DNA of 64,000 nucleotides from Candidatus Altimarinota bacterium (lineage in GTDB: Bacteria > Patescibacteriota > Gracilibacteria > UBA4473): NCBI GenBank assembly GCA_018608565.1, contig JABAZT010000023.1, positions 901 through 64,900 of the forward strand, read 5' to 3'. Both the position numbers and the translations under genes were made by a program. Numbering within the stretch: the stretch's first letter is position 1; every line of letters begins with the position of its first letter. The notes beneath the pieces were generated by a model. The model saw only the letters and a program-made list of their open reading frames with translations. It was not told the DNA's origin and ran no database searches. Shown here one piece after another: positions 36,682 to 45,532 of the stretch.

Positions 36682-38415
36682 ATGCAAACAAAAAATAACA
36701 GAACCCGAATACAAATTGCCGGACAAAGTGGGGCGGGACTACTCTCTGTCGGACTTATCATTATTCGAGCGCTGCGAGATCTCGGATTTTATGCGGTAGC
36801 CGATAGAGAATATCCATCCTTGATAAAAGGAGGACACAGTCTTTTTACGATCAATGTCTCAACCGAAAAAATTCATTCACTCTCAAATGTAGCCGATATT
36901 TTTGTCTCAATAGACAAGGTCAGTCTTACGGCTTATTTTGATAGACTTAAAGAAGGCGGAATCTGGATTCACGGATACGAACGACTCGCCGGGATCAAAG
37001 ATCTCCAAGCCAAAGCCAAAGAACGAAACATTACAGAAGTGCATCTTCCGACTCGATCCACCGCAAAATCAGTAGGAGGAAACGATCTCATGCAAAATGT
37101 AGTTTTGATCGGAATGATCTGGAAAGTGTTAGGACTTGAGTTTGCAGATGTAGAAGAAGAAATTACTCATAAATTTGGGAAAAGACCAAAACTTCTTCCC
37201 TTCAACATCGCCGCAGCAAAAGCCGGATACGACGGAGTAGAAACACAGCAAAAACTAGAACTACCAAAAACAAAAGAACGACGAATGATCATCGACGGAA
37301 ATCATGCGATTGCTCTTGGGGCGGTCCACGGAGGTGTACGAGCCTACTATGCCTATCCGATGAGTCCGAGTAGCACAATACTTACTCATATGGCAGATAT
37401 GGCAAAAGAAACAGGAGTTATCGTCAAACAAGGAGAAGACGAAATAACCGTCGCAAACTTGAGTATGGGATCTTGGTATGGAGGAACTCGATCGATGTGT
37501 GGAACCTCTGGGGGAGGATTTGATCTCATGACAGAAACAGTTTCACTTGCCGGAATCATAGAGACTCCTTGGGTTTGTGCGCTAGTACAGAGACCAGGAC
37601 CAGCGACGGGACTTCCGACTTGGACCGGGCAAGGAGATTTGAAACTAGCGATTCATGGCGGACATGGAGAATTTGCTCGGATTGTAGTATCCGTATCAGA
37701 TCCCACAGATGCATTTGATATTACCCAACACGCGCTCAACGCTGCAGAAAAATACCAATGCCCTGTTATTATTCTGAGTGACAAAAATATCGCAGAAAGC
37801 TTGGTGACGGTTCCAGAATTTGAAAAAGGAAAAATAAAGATCGAACGAAGTCTTGTTGAAGGAAAAGAACTAGAAACAATAAAAAGCACTGATCGATATA
37901 AAATCACCGAATCAGGAATTTCCAAGCGATGGATCCCGGGAAGTAATGTCGACGAGTATTACTTCGCTAACGGAGATGAGCATGACGAGATGGGACGACT
38001 CGATGAAAGCGAAGCGGCTGGCGATATGTATGCCAAGCGAGTTCGAAAGCTAGAAACCATCCAATCAGAGCTTCCAGAACCAGATATCTATGGAACAGAA
38101 AAAGACGCGGATATTTCTTTTGTCGGATGGGGAAGTACTAAGGCAACGATTCTAGATATGATTTCTGATTATGCGGAAAAAGGAGTCAAAATAAACTATT
38201 TGCACTACACGTGGGTGCATCCAATACGAACCGAAAAACTCGAACAATTCTTCACAGATAACTGCAACGTCCACCTGATCGAAGGAAACTACAACGGACA
38301 ACTCGGAAAACTCATCGAAAAAGAAACCGATCTCAAGTTCACTGGAAAACTTCTCAAGTGGGATGGGCGACCGTTCTTTTTGGAGGATTTGGAAAATTAC
38401 ATTAATAATAATTAA
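36682..38415 (+). CDS. korA: 2-oxoacid:ferredoxin/flavodoxin oxidoreductase, fused gamma-alpha subunit (KorA-type)
   Basis: Gamma-like 'IQIAGQSGAGLLSVGLIIIRALRDLGFYAVADREYPSLIKGG', then alpha 'DGNHAIALGAVHGGVRAYYAYPMSPSS'. Start taken at ATG 36682. Confidence 0.85.
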   Translation: MQTKNNRTRIQIAGQSGAGLLSVGLIIIRALRDLGFYAVADREYPSLIKGGHSLFTINVSTEKIHSLSNVADIFVSIDKVSLTAYFDRLKEGGIWIHGYERLAGIKDLQAKAKERNITEVHLPTRSTAKSVGGNDLMQNVVLIGMIWKVLGLEFADVEEEITHKFGKRPKLLPFNIAAAKAGYDGVETQQKLELPKTKERRMIIDGNHAIALGAVHGGVRAYYAYPMSPSSTILTHMADMAKETGVIVKQGEDEITVANLSMGSWYGGTRSMCGTSGGGFDLMTETVSLAGIIETPWVCALVQRPGPATGLPTWTGQGDLKLAIHGGHGEFARIVVSVSDPTDAFDITQHALNAAEKYQCPVIILSDKNIAESLVTVPEFEKGKIKIERSLVEGKELETIKSTDRYKITESGISKRWIPGSNVDEYYFANGDEHDEMGRLDESEAAGDMYAKRVRKLETIQSELPEPDIYGTEKDADISFVGWGSTKATILDMISDYAEKGVKINYLHYTWVHPIRTEKLEQFFTDNCNVHLIEGNYNGQLGKLIEKETDLKFTGKLLKWDGRPFFLEDLENYINNN

Positions 38416-38421
38416 TACGTC

Positions 38422-38841
38422 ATGGAGTCTTTATTGCTGGTACTAATTCCGTTTTGCATAGTGATATTTACTGGGAAGTTTGTATCTGCATATTTCTCAT
38501 CTCCTTCTGTAACAAATTATTGTAATTTTTTTACCTTCATTCTTTCATCTGTACTTTTCTTTATTTATATTTTACTGATTTCTGGAGAATTTGTAAAAAG
38601 CACAAGTATATATAATCCATTGTTTCAATTTTTATTTAGAGACGGAAGTCTTCTCATGGATTCTTTATTACTAATTTCGATAATGGCTTCAGTATTAATT
38701 TTCTTTCGTTTTATTTTTTTAAAACCCAGGAGCAATTTACCAAATTGGATGCGTATTCTATCGATTTTATCTACGGTCGTTATTATATTGTTAACACTGT
38801 TTCTATTTATCATGGCGCTTGCAATGAGTAGTAGTAACTAG
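38422..38841 (+). CDS. Small polytopic membrane protein (hypothetical)
   Basis: 139 aa, about 4 hydrophobic segments, very AT-rich. It lies between korA and korB. Its C-terminal part resembles the ORF at 38990-39193. Confidence 0.5.
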   Translation: MESLLLVLIPFCIVIFTGKFVSAYFSSPSVTNYCNFFTFILSSVLFFIYILLISGEFVKSTSIYNPLFQFLFRDGSLLMDSLLLISIMASVLIFFRFIFLKPRSNLPNWMRILSILSTVVIILLTLFLFIMALAMSSSN

Positions 38842-38893
38842 AGCTCCGGATGAAAACTCTGCTGCTACCAGCTAGATGCTAACTACTGACCAA

Positions 38894-38989
38894 ATGAACA
38901 ACCCCCAACAAGTCGCTTCCGCCGGGATTAGCCAGCAATACTCAATCCTTCTGGGGGATTTAGAAACCTATATTGATAAACATAAATAA
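38894..38989 (+). pseudogene. Remnant of a korB 5' end (31 codons, then stop)
   Basis: 'MNNPQQVASAGISQQY' vs genuine KorB 'MTNTQQIASAGIAHQY'. By hand alignment 37 of the first 48 nt are identical. The 'GAAACC' block also recurs. The remnant stops at TAA 38987-38989. Confidence 0.7.
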
Positions 38990-39193
38990 ATGATTCTTTG
39001 GTTATTTTTTACACTTTGTTATTTGCTCCTAAGTTTTGGAGTATATGCTCTTTGGCATATACTAGATGGAGTGTTTACGTTTCCTCGGTGGGCGTATATT
39101 CTAGCTAAAGGTATTTTTATTATATTTCACATCCTCGTGTTTGTTGCAATAATGTATATGATTTTTTTGAGCTATGCGCTCAGTGGACACTAA
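38990..39193 (+). CDS. Small membrane protein (67 aa), apparent paralog of the C-terminal half of the 38422-38841 ORF
   Basis: 'FPRWAYIL...SYALSGH*' vs 'LPNWMRIL...ALAMSSSN*'. Nucleotide blocks 'tgg...attcta', 'attatatt' and 'gcgct.' are shared in the same order. The ATG immediately follows the remnant's stop (TAAATG). Confidence 0.45.
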   Translation: MILWLFFTLCYLLLSFGVYALWHILDGVFTFPRWAYILAKGIFIIFHILVFVAIMYMIFLSYALSGH

Positions 39194-39359
39194 TTTAAGA
39201 TGAAATATACGAGCAGTAGTATATTTCTGCAGTTTAAAAAATTAGTTTTACTGACTTACAATTACTTTCTAAAAAGAGTCCACTAAAATTATCAGAAAAA
39301 TTTTATCTCAAAAACACTAGCATATCTAGAACGGCTGATTAAATCAAAATTTCCATATC

Positions 39360-40256
39360 ATGACCAATACACAACAAATCGCTTCCGCTGGAATTGCTCA
39401 CCAATACACAGACTATGAAACCGATGAGGTCATGACCTGGTGTGGAGGCTGTGGAAATTATTCTATCCAAAATGCACTAAAACGAGCCCTTTCACTCGAA
39501 GGGATAGATCGAGCCAATGTCATCTTCTGTTTCGACGTAGGATGTAGCGGGAATGGGTCAGACAAGATGGAAGGCTATACGATTCATGGGCTTCACGGTC
39601 GAGTGCTTCCATTGGCCGCCGGAGTCAAGATGGCACAGCATAACACACATGTGATCTGTGAAGCAGGAGATGGAGCGACATTTAGCGAAGGAGCGGGACA
39701 CGTCGTTCACGCCATCAGAAACGACTATCCAGTCCTCTTCATCCATCATGATAACCAAAACTACGGACTTACGACCGGACAGTGCTCTTCTCTAACGCCC
39801 AAAGGCTGCAAGATGAATGCCGCTCCAGAAGGAAACCCAATCGAACCACTCAATCCGCTAGAAGTCGTCTTAAGCCTCAAGCCTTCTTTTGTCGCACGGA
39901 CCTGTTGTGTAGATACAGAGCACATGACTGAAACATTCCAAAAAGCCCTCAATCACAAAGGATTCGCCTTCGTCGAGACATTGCAGTCTTGCCCAACCTA
40001 CAACAAGCACACAACCCACGAATGGTATGTAGAAAACATAAAATTCATCGAAAAAGAATTTCCAGACTACGATCCTACCGATATCTGGCAGGCACGAAAA
40101 CTTGTAGATAATACCGTTCCCTATCTAGGAATGATCTATCATAATCCAAAGCGAGAAAGCTTCCTCGAGTCACTCGCTCACAAAGACAAAAACGATCCTA
40201 TGCTGATCGATGAAGTACAGCAGGTAGATGTAGGAAATTTCATGGCTACATTATAG
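39360..40256 (+). CDS. korB: 2-oxoacid:ferredoxin/flavodoxin oxidoreductase beta subunit (TPP-binding)
   Basis: 'WCGGCGNYSI' and the TPP motif region 'CEAGDGATFSEGAGHVVHAIRND...HHDNQNYGLTTGQ'. Confidence 0.85.
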   Translation: MTNTQQIASAGIAHQYTDYETDEVMTWCGGCGNYSIQNALKRALSLEGIDRANVIFCFDVGCSGNGSDKMEGYTIHGLHGRVLPLAAGVKMAQHNTHVICEAGDGATFSEGAGHVVHAIRNDYPVLFIHHDNQNYGLTTGQCSSLTPKGCKMNAAPEGNPIEPLNPLEVVLSLKPSFVARTCCVDTEHMTETFQKALNHKGFAFVETLQSCPTYNKHTTHEWYVENIKFIEKEFPDYDPTDIWQARKLVDNTVPYLGMIYHNPKRESFLESLAHKDKNDPMLIDEVQQVDVGNFMATL

Positions 40257-40296
40257 CCTTTTGACGTGATCTAATATTTGCCTTATAAATAGTTAA

Positions 40297-40947
40297 ATGG
40301 TGAACTCAATAAAGACAATATTTATAGGAAGAGGGGATGAAGGTTCTGGAAAAAGTTCCGCCGCAGATATGCTTATTAATCAAGGGATTATTGAAAATTC
40401 TCAGGTGGTAAGAAAAGACAGCTGTGTTCAGCGAGTAAAAAAAGATGAGCCTTGGTTGTCTGTTTTGAATGAAGGGAAAGATCCATACGATCATCCAGAG
40501 ATTAAAAACCAAAGAGGTGAAAATTTTCGTTTAGATTACATGAATCAGTTTCGTGGAGATCTATTGAGAGTTCTTGAAGAAAAAGATGAAGTTTATGTTG
40601 ATTGTAATTTTAGCAAGGCTTCGGATATCCAAGAATTTATAGAAGCTATTGCGGAGCAGATTGGACTAAAGATACAAGTTCAGGTTATGACATTAACGGC
40701 TAGTTTTGAAGATCGACGAGACGCAACTGCAGGGAGGGAGCACTATGTTGATGGGGCGGCTCGTCGGGTAACGGATGAAAGAAGTGGTTTTGTAAATGAA
40801 ATAAAAATTCCTGTTCATAAAAATATTATGAGATTTGAGCATCATATTATTCCTAATGGAAAAATGGAAGAAGGGGAGCGTCCGCCACTGTCCAACGCGG
40901 TTGAAAGTATGAAAAGTCACATTAAAGAGTTTCAGGGCAATATGTAG
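40297..40947 (+). CDS. P-loop NTPase/kinase-like hypothetical protein
   Basis: Walker A 'GDEGSGKS' at residues ~13-20. The rest is unrecognised. Confidence 0.45.
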   Translation: MVNSIKTIFIGRGDEGSGKSSAADMLINQGIIENSQVVRKDSCVQRVKKDEPWLSVLNEGKDPYDHPEIKNQRGENFRLDYMNQFRGDLLRVLEEKDEVYVDCNFSKASDIQEFIEAIAEQIGLKIQVQVMTLTASFEDRRDATAGREHYVDGAARRVTDERSGFVNEIKIPVHKNIMRFEHHIIPNGKMEEGERPPLSNAVESMKSHIKEFQGNM

Positions 40948-41031
40948 CGGAGGAAATAATGTAGAAAATTCTATAGCAATTCCTGGACTGAAAAACTTTT
41001 ATTCAGGGAGAAAAATTATTTTTCAACACAC

Positions 41032-42318
41032 CTAGTATCGATAATGCTCAGGCTTAAACGGTCCCTCCTTTTTAAGTCCGAGGTATTCAGCTTGTTTGGT
41101 GGTAAGGGTATCAAGCGTCGCTCCGAGTTTTTCTAGATGAAGTTCCGCGACTTTTTCATCAAGGTGTTTTGGAAGACAGTAAACCCCGATGTCATAGTTT
41201 TCTCCTTTGGTCCAGAGTTCGATTTGAGCTAGGACCTGATTTGAAAAAGAGTTCGACATCACAAAGCTTGGATGACCTGTAGCACAACCTAGATTTACCA
41301 GTCGTCCTTGAGCGAGGACTATAATTTTCTTTCCATCAGGAAACGTAACATGATCAACCTGGGGTTTGATTTCATCCCAGTCGAGATCCTTGATTCCTGC
41401 GATATCAATTTCACTATCAAAATGTCCAATATTACAAACAATCGCATTATCTTTCATCGTATCCATATGGGCACGAGTAATCACACCACAACATCCCGTC
41501 GCCGTTACAAATATATCACCACGAGGAGCCGCTTGGTCCATCGTGGTAACTTCATATCCTTCCATCAGGGCCTGAAGGGCACAGATAGGATCTACTTCTG
41601 TGACGATGACTCGACACCCGATAGAACGAAGGCTCTGAGCTGAGCCTTTTCCGACATCGCCATATCCAGCCACGACCGCAACCTTACCCGCGAACATGAC
41701 ATCGGTGGCTCGCTTGATAGCATCTCCCAGTGATTCTCTACAACCATAGAGGTTATCAAATTTAGACTTCGTCACCGAATCATTCACATTGATGGCTGGG
41801 ATTTTGAGTTCTCCTTTTTCATGCATTTGGGCAAGACGGTGAACGCCTGTGGTAGTTTCTTCACTTACGCCTTTGATATCCTTCAATAGTTCTGGGTATT
41901 GCTCATGAATAATCAATGTTAGATCTCCTCCATCATCGAGAATCATATTAGGAGTCCATCCATTAGGGCCCTTTATCGTCTGGTGAATACACCAGTCATA
42001 TTCTTCTTCTGTTTCACCTTTCCAGGCAAATACCGGAATATTACGTTCGGCCATCGAGGCAGCGGCATGATCCTGAGTCGAAAAAATATTACACGAACTC
42101 CATCGCACCTCAGCTCCTAGGTCTATAAGTGTTTCAATCAACACTGCGGTTTGGATCGTCATGTGGATACACCCAGCAATACGTGCGCCTTTGAGTGGTT
42201 GTGCCTCTTTGTATTCAGCTCGGATGGCCATGAGTCCAGGCATTTCTGTTTCGGCAATATTGATTTCTTTGCGTCCGTAGTCTGAGAGTGAGAGGTCAGC
42301 GACTTTATAATCTGTCAT
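41032..42318 (-). CDS. ahcY: Adenosylhomocysteinase
   Basis: '[30 protein letters not shown]', 'ILDDGGDLT', NAD site '[15 protein letters not shown]', and the C-terminal 'PEHYRY'. Confidence 0.95.
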   Translation of the reverse strand: MTDYKVADLSLSDYGRKEINIAETEMPGLMAIRAEYKEAQPLKGARIAGCIHMTIQTAVLIETLIDLGAEVRWSSCNIFSTQDHAAASMAERNIPVFAWKGETEEEYDWCIHQTIKGPNGWTPNMILDDGGDLTLIIHEQYPELLKDIKGVSEETTTGVHRLAQMHEKGELKIPAINVNDSVTKSKFDNLYGCRESLGDAIKRATDVMFAGKVAVVAGYGDVGKGSAQSLRSIGCRVIVTEVDPICALQALMEGYEVTTMDQAAPRGDIFVTATGCCGVITRAHMDTMKDNAIVCNIGHFDSEIDIAGIKDLDWDEIKPQVDHVTFPDGKKIIVLAQGRLVNLGCATGHPSFVMSNSFSNQVLAQIELWTKGENYDIGVYCLPKHLDEKVAELHLEKLGATLDTLTTKQAEYLGLKKEGPFKPEHYRY

Positions 42319-42345
42319 GGAGAGAAAAAATTAAGAGTGTAAAAA

Positions 42346-43317
42346 TTAGTTGGTTTGAGGTCCGATCGATTCTACCGATTTTGCACCATATGCAAGTCCA
42401 AGCGGAATACTCTCGTGAAGGGTTTTTCCAAGCGCCATTTCAGATATTATTCCAGCCCGAAATGCATCACCAGCGCCAGTAGTCTCTGCCACCGTAGACG
42501 CCTGAGCGGCTTCATACGAACGTTGCTGTCCCAGGTAGTAGACTTCACAGCCTTTGTCTCCGAGTGTTTCGATGTAGACCCGATTTTGAATTTCTGATTT
42601 TTTTGGGATTTCTAAGTGCGGATTGATGTCCCATTCATTTGAGAATGAAGGACAAAATTGTTTGAAATGCGTAAACTCAACCTCATTCCCAATAACAACG
42701 TCCGCGTGTTGGGCACAGTGTTGAAACGATCCAGCATCATAGAGGGGCGTCACTTGCCCTGGGTCAAAGAAAACCGTTGCTTTCTTATTATGCGAACGAA
42801 ATGTTTCGAGATGTTTTTTCATCGTATCAGGTACAAGTACCGAGAAAATAGCTATATCAAAGTCAGCCAGTTGCTGCGAATCATAAAAATCAGTCATATT
42901 TGTATCATCAATCATTTCCCAGGTATTTGGCTGCCAGATGATGAGTTGTTGATTGTCATTGTCGGAGATCATGTAGGCATTGGCGGTATAGTCTCCAGTA
43001 GGACCCGAAATATTTGCGCCTGCTGTTTCTAGTTTTTGTTTATAGCCTTTAGTTTCAAAATCTTTCCCTGCCGCCGTAAAAACATCACAACGCTTACCAT
43101 TTTTCAGAAACCAATGGGCAATATTTCCAGCCGTCCCTCCAGGAGCTTCTTGTTTGCTTTGTGCCATATATGAGGCATTGAAGTTTTTGATTTTTCCATC
43201 CGTAACGGGGATTGAATCCTGAAATTTCTGTGGAATAGAAAATATAATATCAAACGCGACAGAGCCAACGATCAGTACTTTTTGAGTCATTGGGAAGACT
43301 GTAGCACCTTTAGTCAT
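42346..43317 (-). CDS. PfkB family carbohydrate/nucleoside kinase (adenosine kinase is plausible given the ahcY linkage)
   Basis: 'PGGTAGNIA' and the C-terminal signature 'TGAGDAFRAGI'. The gap to ahcY is 27 nt on the same strand. Confidence 0.75.
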   Translation of the reverse strand: MTKGATVFPMTQKVLIVGSVAFDIIFSIPQKFQDSIPVTDGKIKNFNASYMAQSKQEAPGGTAGNIAHWFLKNGKRCDVFTAAGKDFETKGYKQKLETAGANISGPTGDYTANAYMISDNDNQQLIIWQPNTWEMIDDTNMTDFYDSQQLADFDIAIFSVLVPDTMKKHLETFRSHNKKATVFFDPGQVTPLYDAGSFQHCAQHADVVIGNEVEFTHFKQFCPSFSNEWDINPHLEIPKKSEIQNRVYIETLGDKGCEVYYLGQQRSYEAAQASTVAETTGAGDAFRAGIISEMALGKTLHESIPLGLAYGAKSVESIGPQTN

Positions 43318-43338
43318 CAGAAAAAAGAAATAAAAAGT

Positions 43339-43366
43339 TTGCCAAAATCACAAGAAATTCTATATT
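43339..43366 (+). promoter_or_regulatory. Candidate promoter for tRNA-Asn (TTGCCA-16 nt-TATATT)
   Basis: TTGCCA at 43339-43344 and TATATT at 43361-43366, about 42 nt upstream of the tRNA 5' end. Confidence 0.4.
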
Positions 43367-43408
43367 TTCTCGGCTGAGATTAAATTCAGTCAAGCGTTCT
43401 CTTTACAA

Positions 43409-43483
43409 TCCCGAGTAGCTCAGTGGTAGAGCAGTTGGCTGTTAACCAACTTGTCGTCGGTTCAAATCCGACCTCGGGAGCCA
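43409..43483 (+). tRNA. tRNA-Asn (anticodon GTT), with encoded CCA
   Basis: A full cloverleaf was folded by hand. Acceptor TCCCGAG/CTCGGGA, D-arm GCTC-AGTGGTA-GAGC, anticodon arm GTTGG-CTGTTAA-CCAAC, variable loop TTGTC, T-arm GTCGG-TTCAAAT-CCGAC, discriminator G, CCA. Confidence 0.95.
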
Positions 43484-43492
43484 CACACTTAT

Positions 43493-43514
43493 AGAGCGAG
43501 AATTCGCTCTTTTT
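43493..43514 (+). terminator. Rho-independent terminator after tRNA-Asn
   Basis: AGAGCGA-GAAT-TCGCTCT hairpin followed by TTTT. The T-run overlaps the stop codon of the convergent Fic gene. Confidence 0.65.
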
Positions 43515-44475
43515 AGTTACGCAATAACAACAACACCAACCCAACCATTCGATCCTTATCCTTCGGATCAGACTCCGCGATTAGCAGCGTCAACGCCGTT
43601 AATGCCTCAGGCGTGATTTTATCGGTATTTAGTATTTTTGCTTTAGATAAGAACCACACAAAAGCAAACGCACCAGAACGTTTATTCCCATCATTAAACG
43701 GATGATTTTTGATAATGAAGTAAAGAAGATGAGCAGCTTTTTCTTCGATTGTAGGATAGGCATCTTGACCAAAAGCCGACTGAAACACGCTTCCTACAAT
43801 TCCTCCAAGACTTCCTTGGTTCTTCGCTTGAGCAAAAAGTTCGGTCGCCTCATTCTTTTCTATTAGATTTTCTTTCAGCCCTGCAATTGCAGATTCGAGC
43901 TCTTCTGCTGTGAAGAGTATATCGCTCTTACTTGATCCACTTGCTGGTAACTCAGATTTATCATAGGCATCCAGAGAGAGCCATGTATGAGCAAAGAGAT
44001 TCACTAGATCCAGAACGTCATCGGCTTTGATATTAGCGTTATTCGGCAACAGCTGTTTGGTATCTTCTATAGCTTTGAGAAACGCTTCATGATTTTGAGT
44101 AATTCGAGTAGGATTGATCGTATATCCTTCTACGATATGCGATCGAAGCGTTTGAGTGGCCCATTGTCGAAATTTGGTAGCAGTCTTTGAGTTGACTCGG
44201 TAACCAACAGATATGATAGCATCTAAATTATAGAAATTAGTTTTATATTTCTTCCCATCCTGAGCAGTTGTTTCCAAATTGGAAATAACTGAATTGGCCT
44301 GAAGCTCTTCATCTTGAAAAATATTCTTTAGATGCTTTGCAATAGCGGGAACTTGCACTTCAAAAATTTCAGCCATTTGTTTTTGAGTGGCCCAAATAGT
44401 GTCCGTGCTAGAGTCCTGACGAAGCTCAATTGCTCCAGTTTCTGATCTGTAGATGATAGGTGATTGATCTGTCAT
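43513..44475 (-). CDS. RhuM-family N-terminal domain fused to a Fic/DOC domain
   Basis: RhuM-like 'WATQKQMAEIFEVQVPAIAKHLKNIF...FYNLDAIISVGYRVNSKTATKFRQWATQTL'. C-terminal Fic/Doc motif 'HPFNDGNKRSGAFAF'. Confidence 0.85.
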   Translation of the reverse strand: MTDQSPIIYRSETGAIELRQDSSTDTIWATQKQMAEIFEVQVPAIAKHLKNIFQDEELQANSVISNLETTAQDGKKYKTNFYNLDAIISVGYRVNSKTATKFRQWATQTLRSHIVEGYTINPTRITQNHEAFLKAIEDTKQLLPNNANIKADDVLDLVNLFAHTWLSLDAYDKSELPASGSSKSDILFTAEELESAIAGLKENLIEKNEATELFAQAKNQGSLGGIVGSVFQSAFGQDAYPTIEEKAAHLLYFIIKNHPFNDGNKRSGAFAFVWFLSKAKILNTDKITPEALTALTLLIAESDPKDKDRMVGLVLLLLRN

Positions 44476-44681
44476 GGTTTAAATCTTATTATTTTTACCA
44501 AACAATTCCATGAATGATTTATTGAAAGTATCATTAAAGTTTAATTTTCCAAATCGAACAATTTCTTTGTGAAATCTTGTCCTAAATACGTCCGGTATCT
44601 TGAGCCACCACAAAATTACTAACCCTTGGGTTGGTTATTTTTTTATTTCTAATTATAGTACAATAAATAACCCTTCCCCGA

Positions 44682-45389
44682 ATGTGTTGGAGTGCCGGAG
44701 CATCAGCTACTGTAGCCACAGTAGGAATAGTCGCGACTGCTTATGCAATCAAGCAAAAAAAACAAAAACAACTGTGGATTCCGCTCTTATATTTTTCCAT
44801 GATGGAGGCGCTTCAGGCGGTGACATATTTTTATATTGATCAATGTGATAGTCCTCCTAATCAGATATTGACCCTGATGGCATATTTACATATCGCATTT
44901 CAGGGAGTGTTTGTAAACATGCTGACGATGAATTTTATCCCTCAAGAGGTGAAAAGTAAAATTCAAGACTGGGTCTATACGATCTGTTTTATTTGTACGA
45001 TATTATTTTTGATATTGTTATATCCATTTGATTGGGCGGGACAGTGTAAGCCAGGAGTTGATGCTATGTGTGGGCAGATCCTATGTTCTATGCAGGAGAC
45101 GTGGCATATGGGGTGGCACGTACCTATGAATAATATTCCATGGATAGGACCAATTGGATATATGTTCCCATGCATGGTACTTCCATTTATCTATGGAGCG
45201 TGGAGAGTGGGATTGTATCTGCTACTGGCAGGGCCGATTGTTTCCTATGCACTCACTCAAAACATGAATGAATGGCCAGCCGTCTGGTGTATTTTGTCAG
45301 TAGCATTGATTCTCATTGCGATAGGAACTCCACTCCAAAAATACCTAAACAATGAAAACTGGTATGGAATCAAATATCCTTGGAAATAA
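44682..45389 (+). CDS. Cys/Trp-rich polytopic membrane protein (hypothetical)
   Basis: 235 aa, about 6 hydrophobic segments and several Cys ('MCWSAG', 'DQCDSPP', 'GQCKPGVDAMCGQILC'). Family not recognised with confidence. Confidence 0.6.
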   Translation: MCWSAGASATVATVGIVATAYAIKQKKQKQLWIPLLYFSMMEALQAVTYFYIDQCDSPPNQILTLMAYLHIAFQGVFVNMLTMNFIPQEVKSKIQDWVYTICFICTILFLILLYPFDWAGQCKPGVDAMCGQILCSMQETWHMGWHVPMNNIPWIGPIGYMFPCMVLPFIYGAWRVGLYLLLAGPIVSYALTQNMNEWPAVWCILSVALILIAIGTPLQKYLNNENWYGIKYPWK

Positions 45390-45532
45390 ACGAAGAGAGG
45401 TTAAAAATTTGGAATAAAAAGAAACTACTACTTATTCTGCCATCAGCACGAGTTGGTAGTTTCTCTGTCTACAATAAGATTGACAATTGGTATGGAAACA
45501 TTTAAAAGGTTGTAAAAAATTAATTTAAAAAG

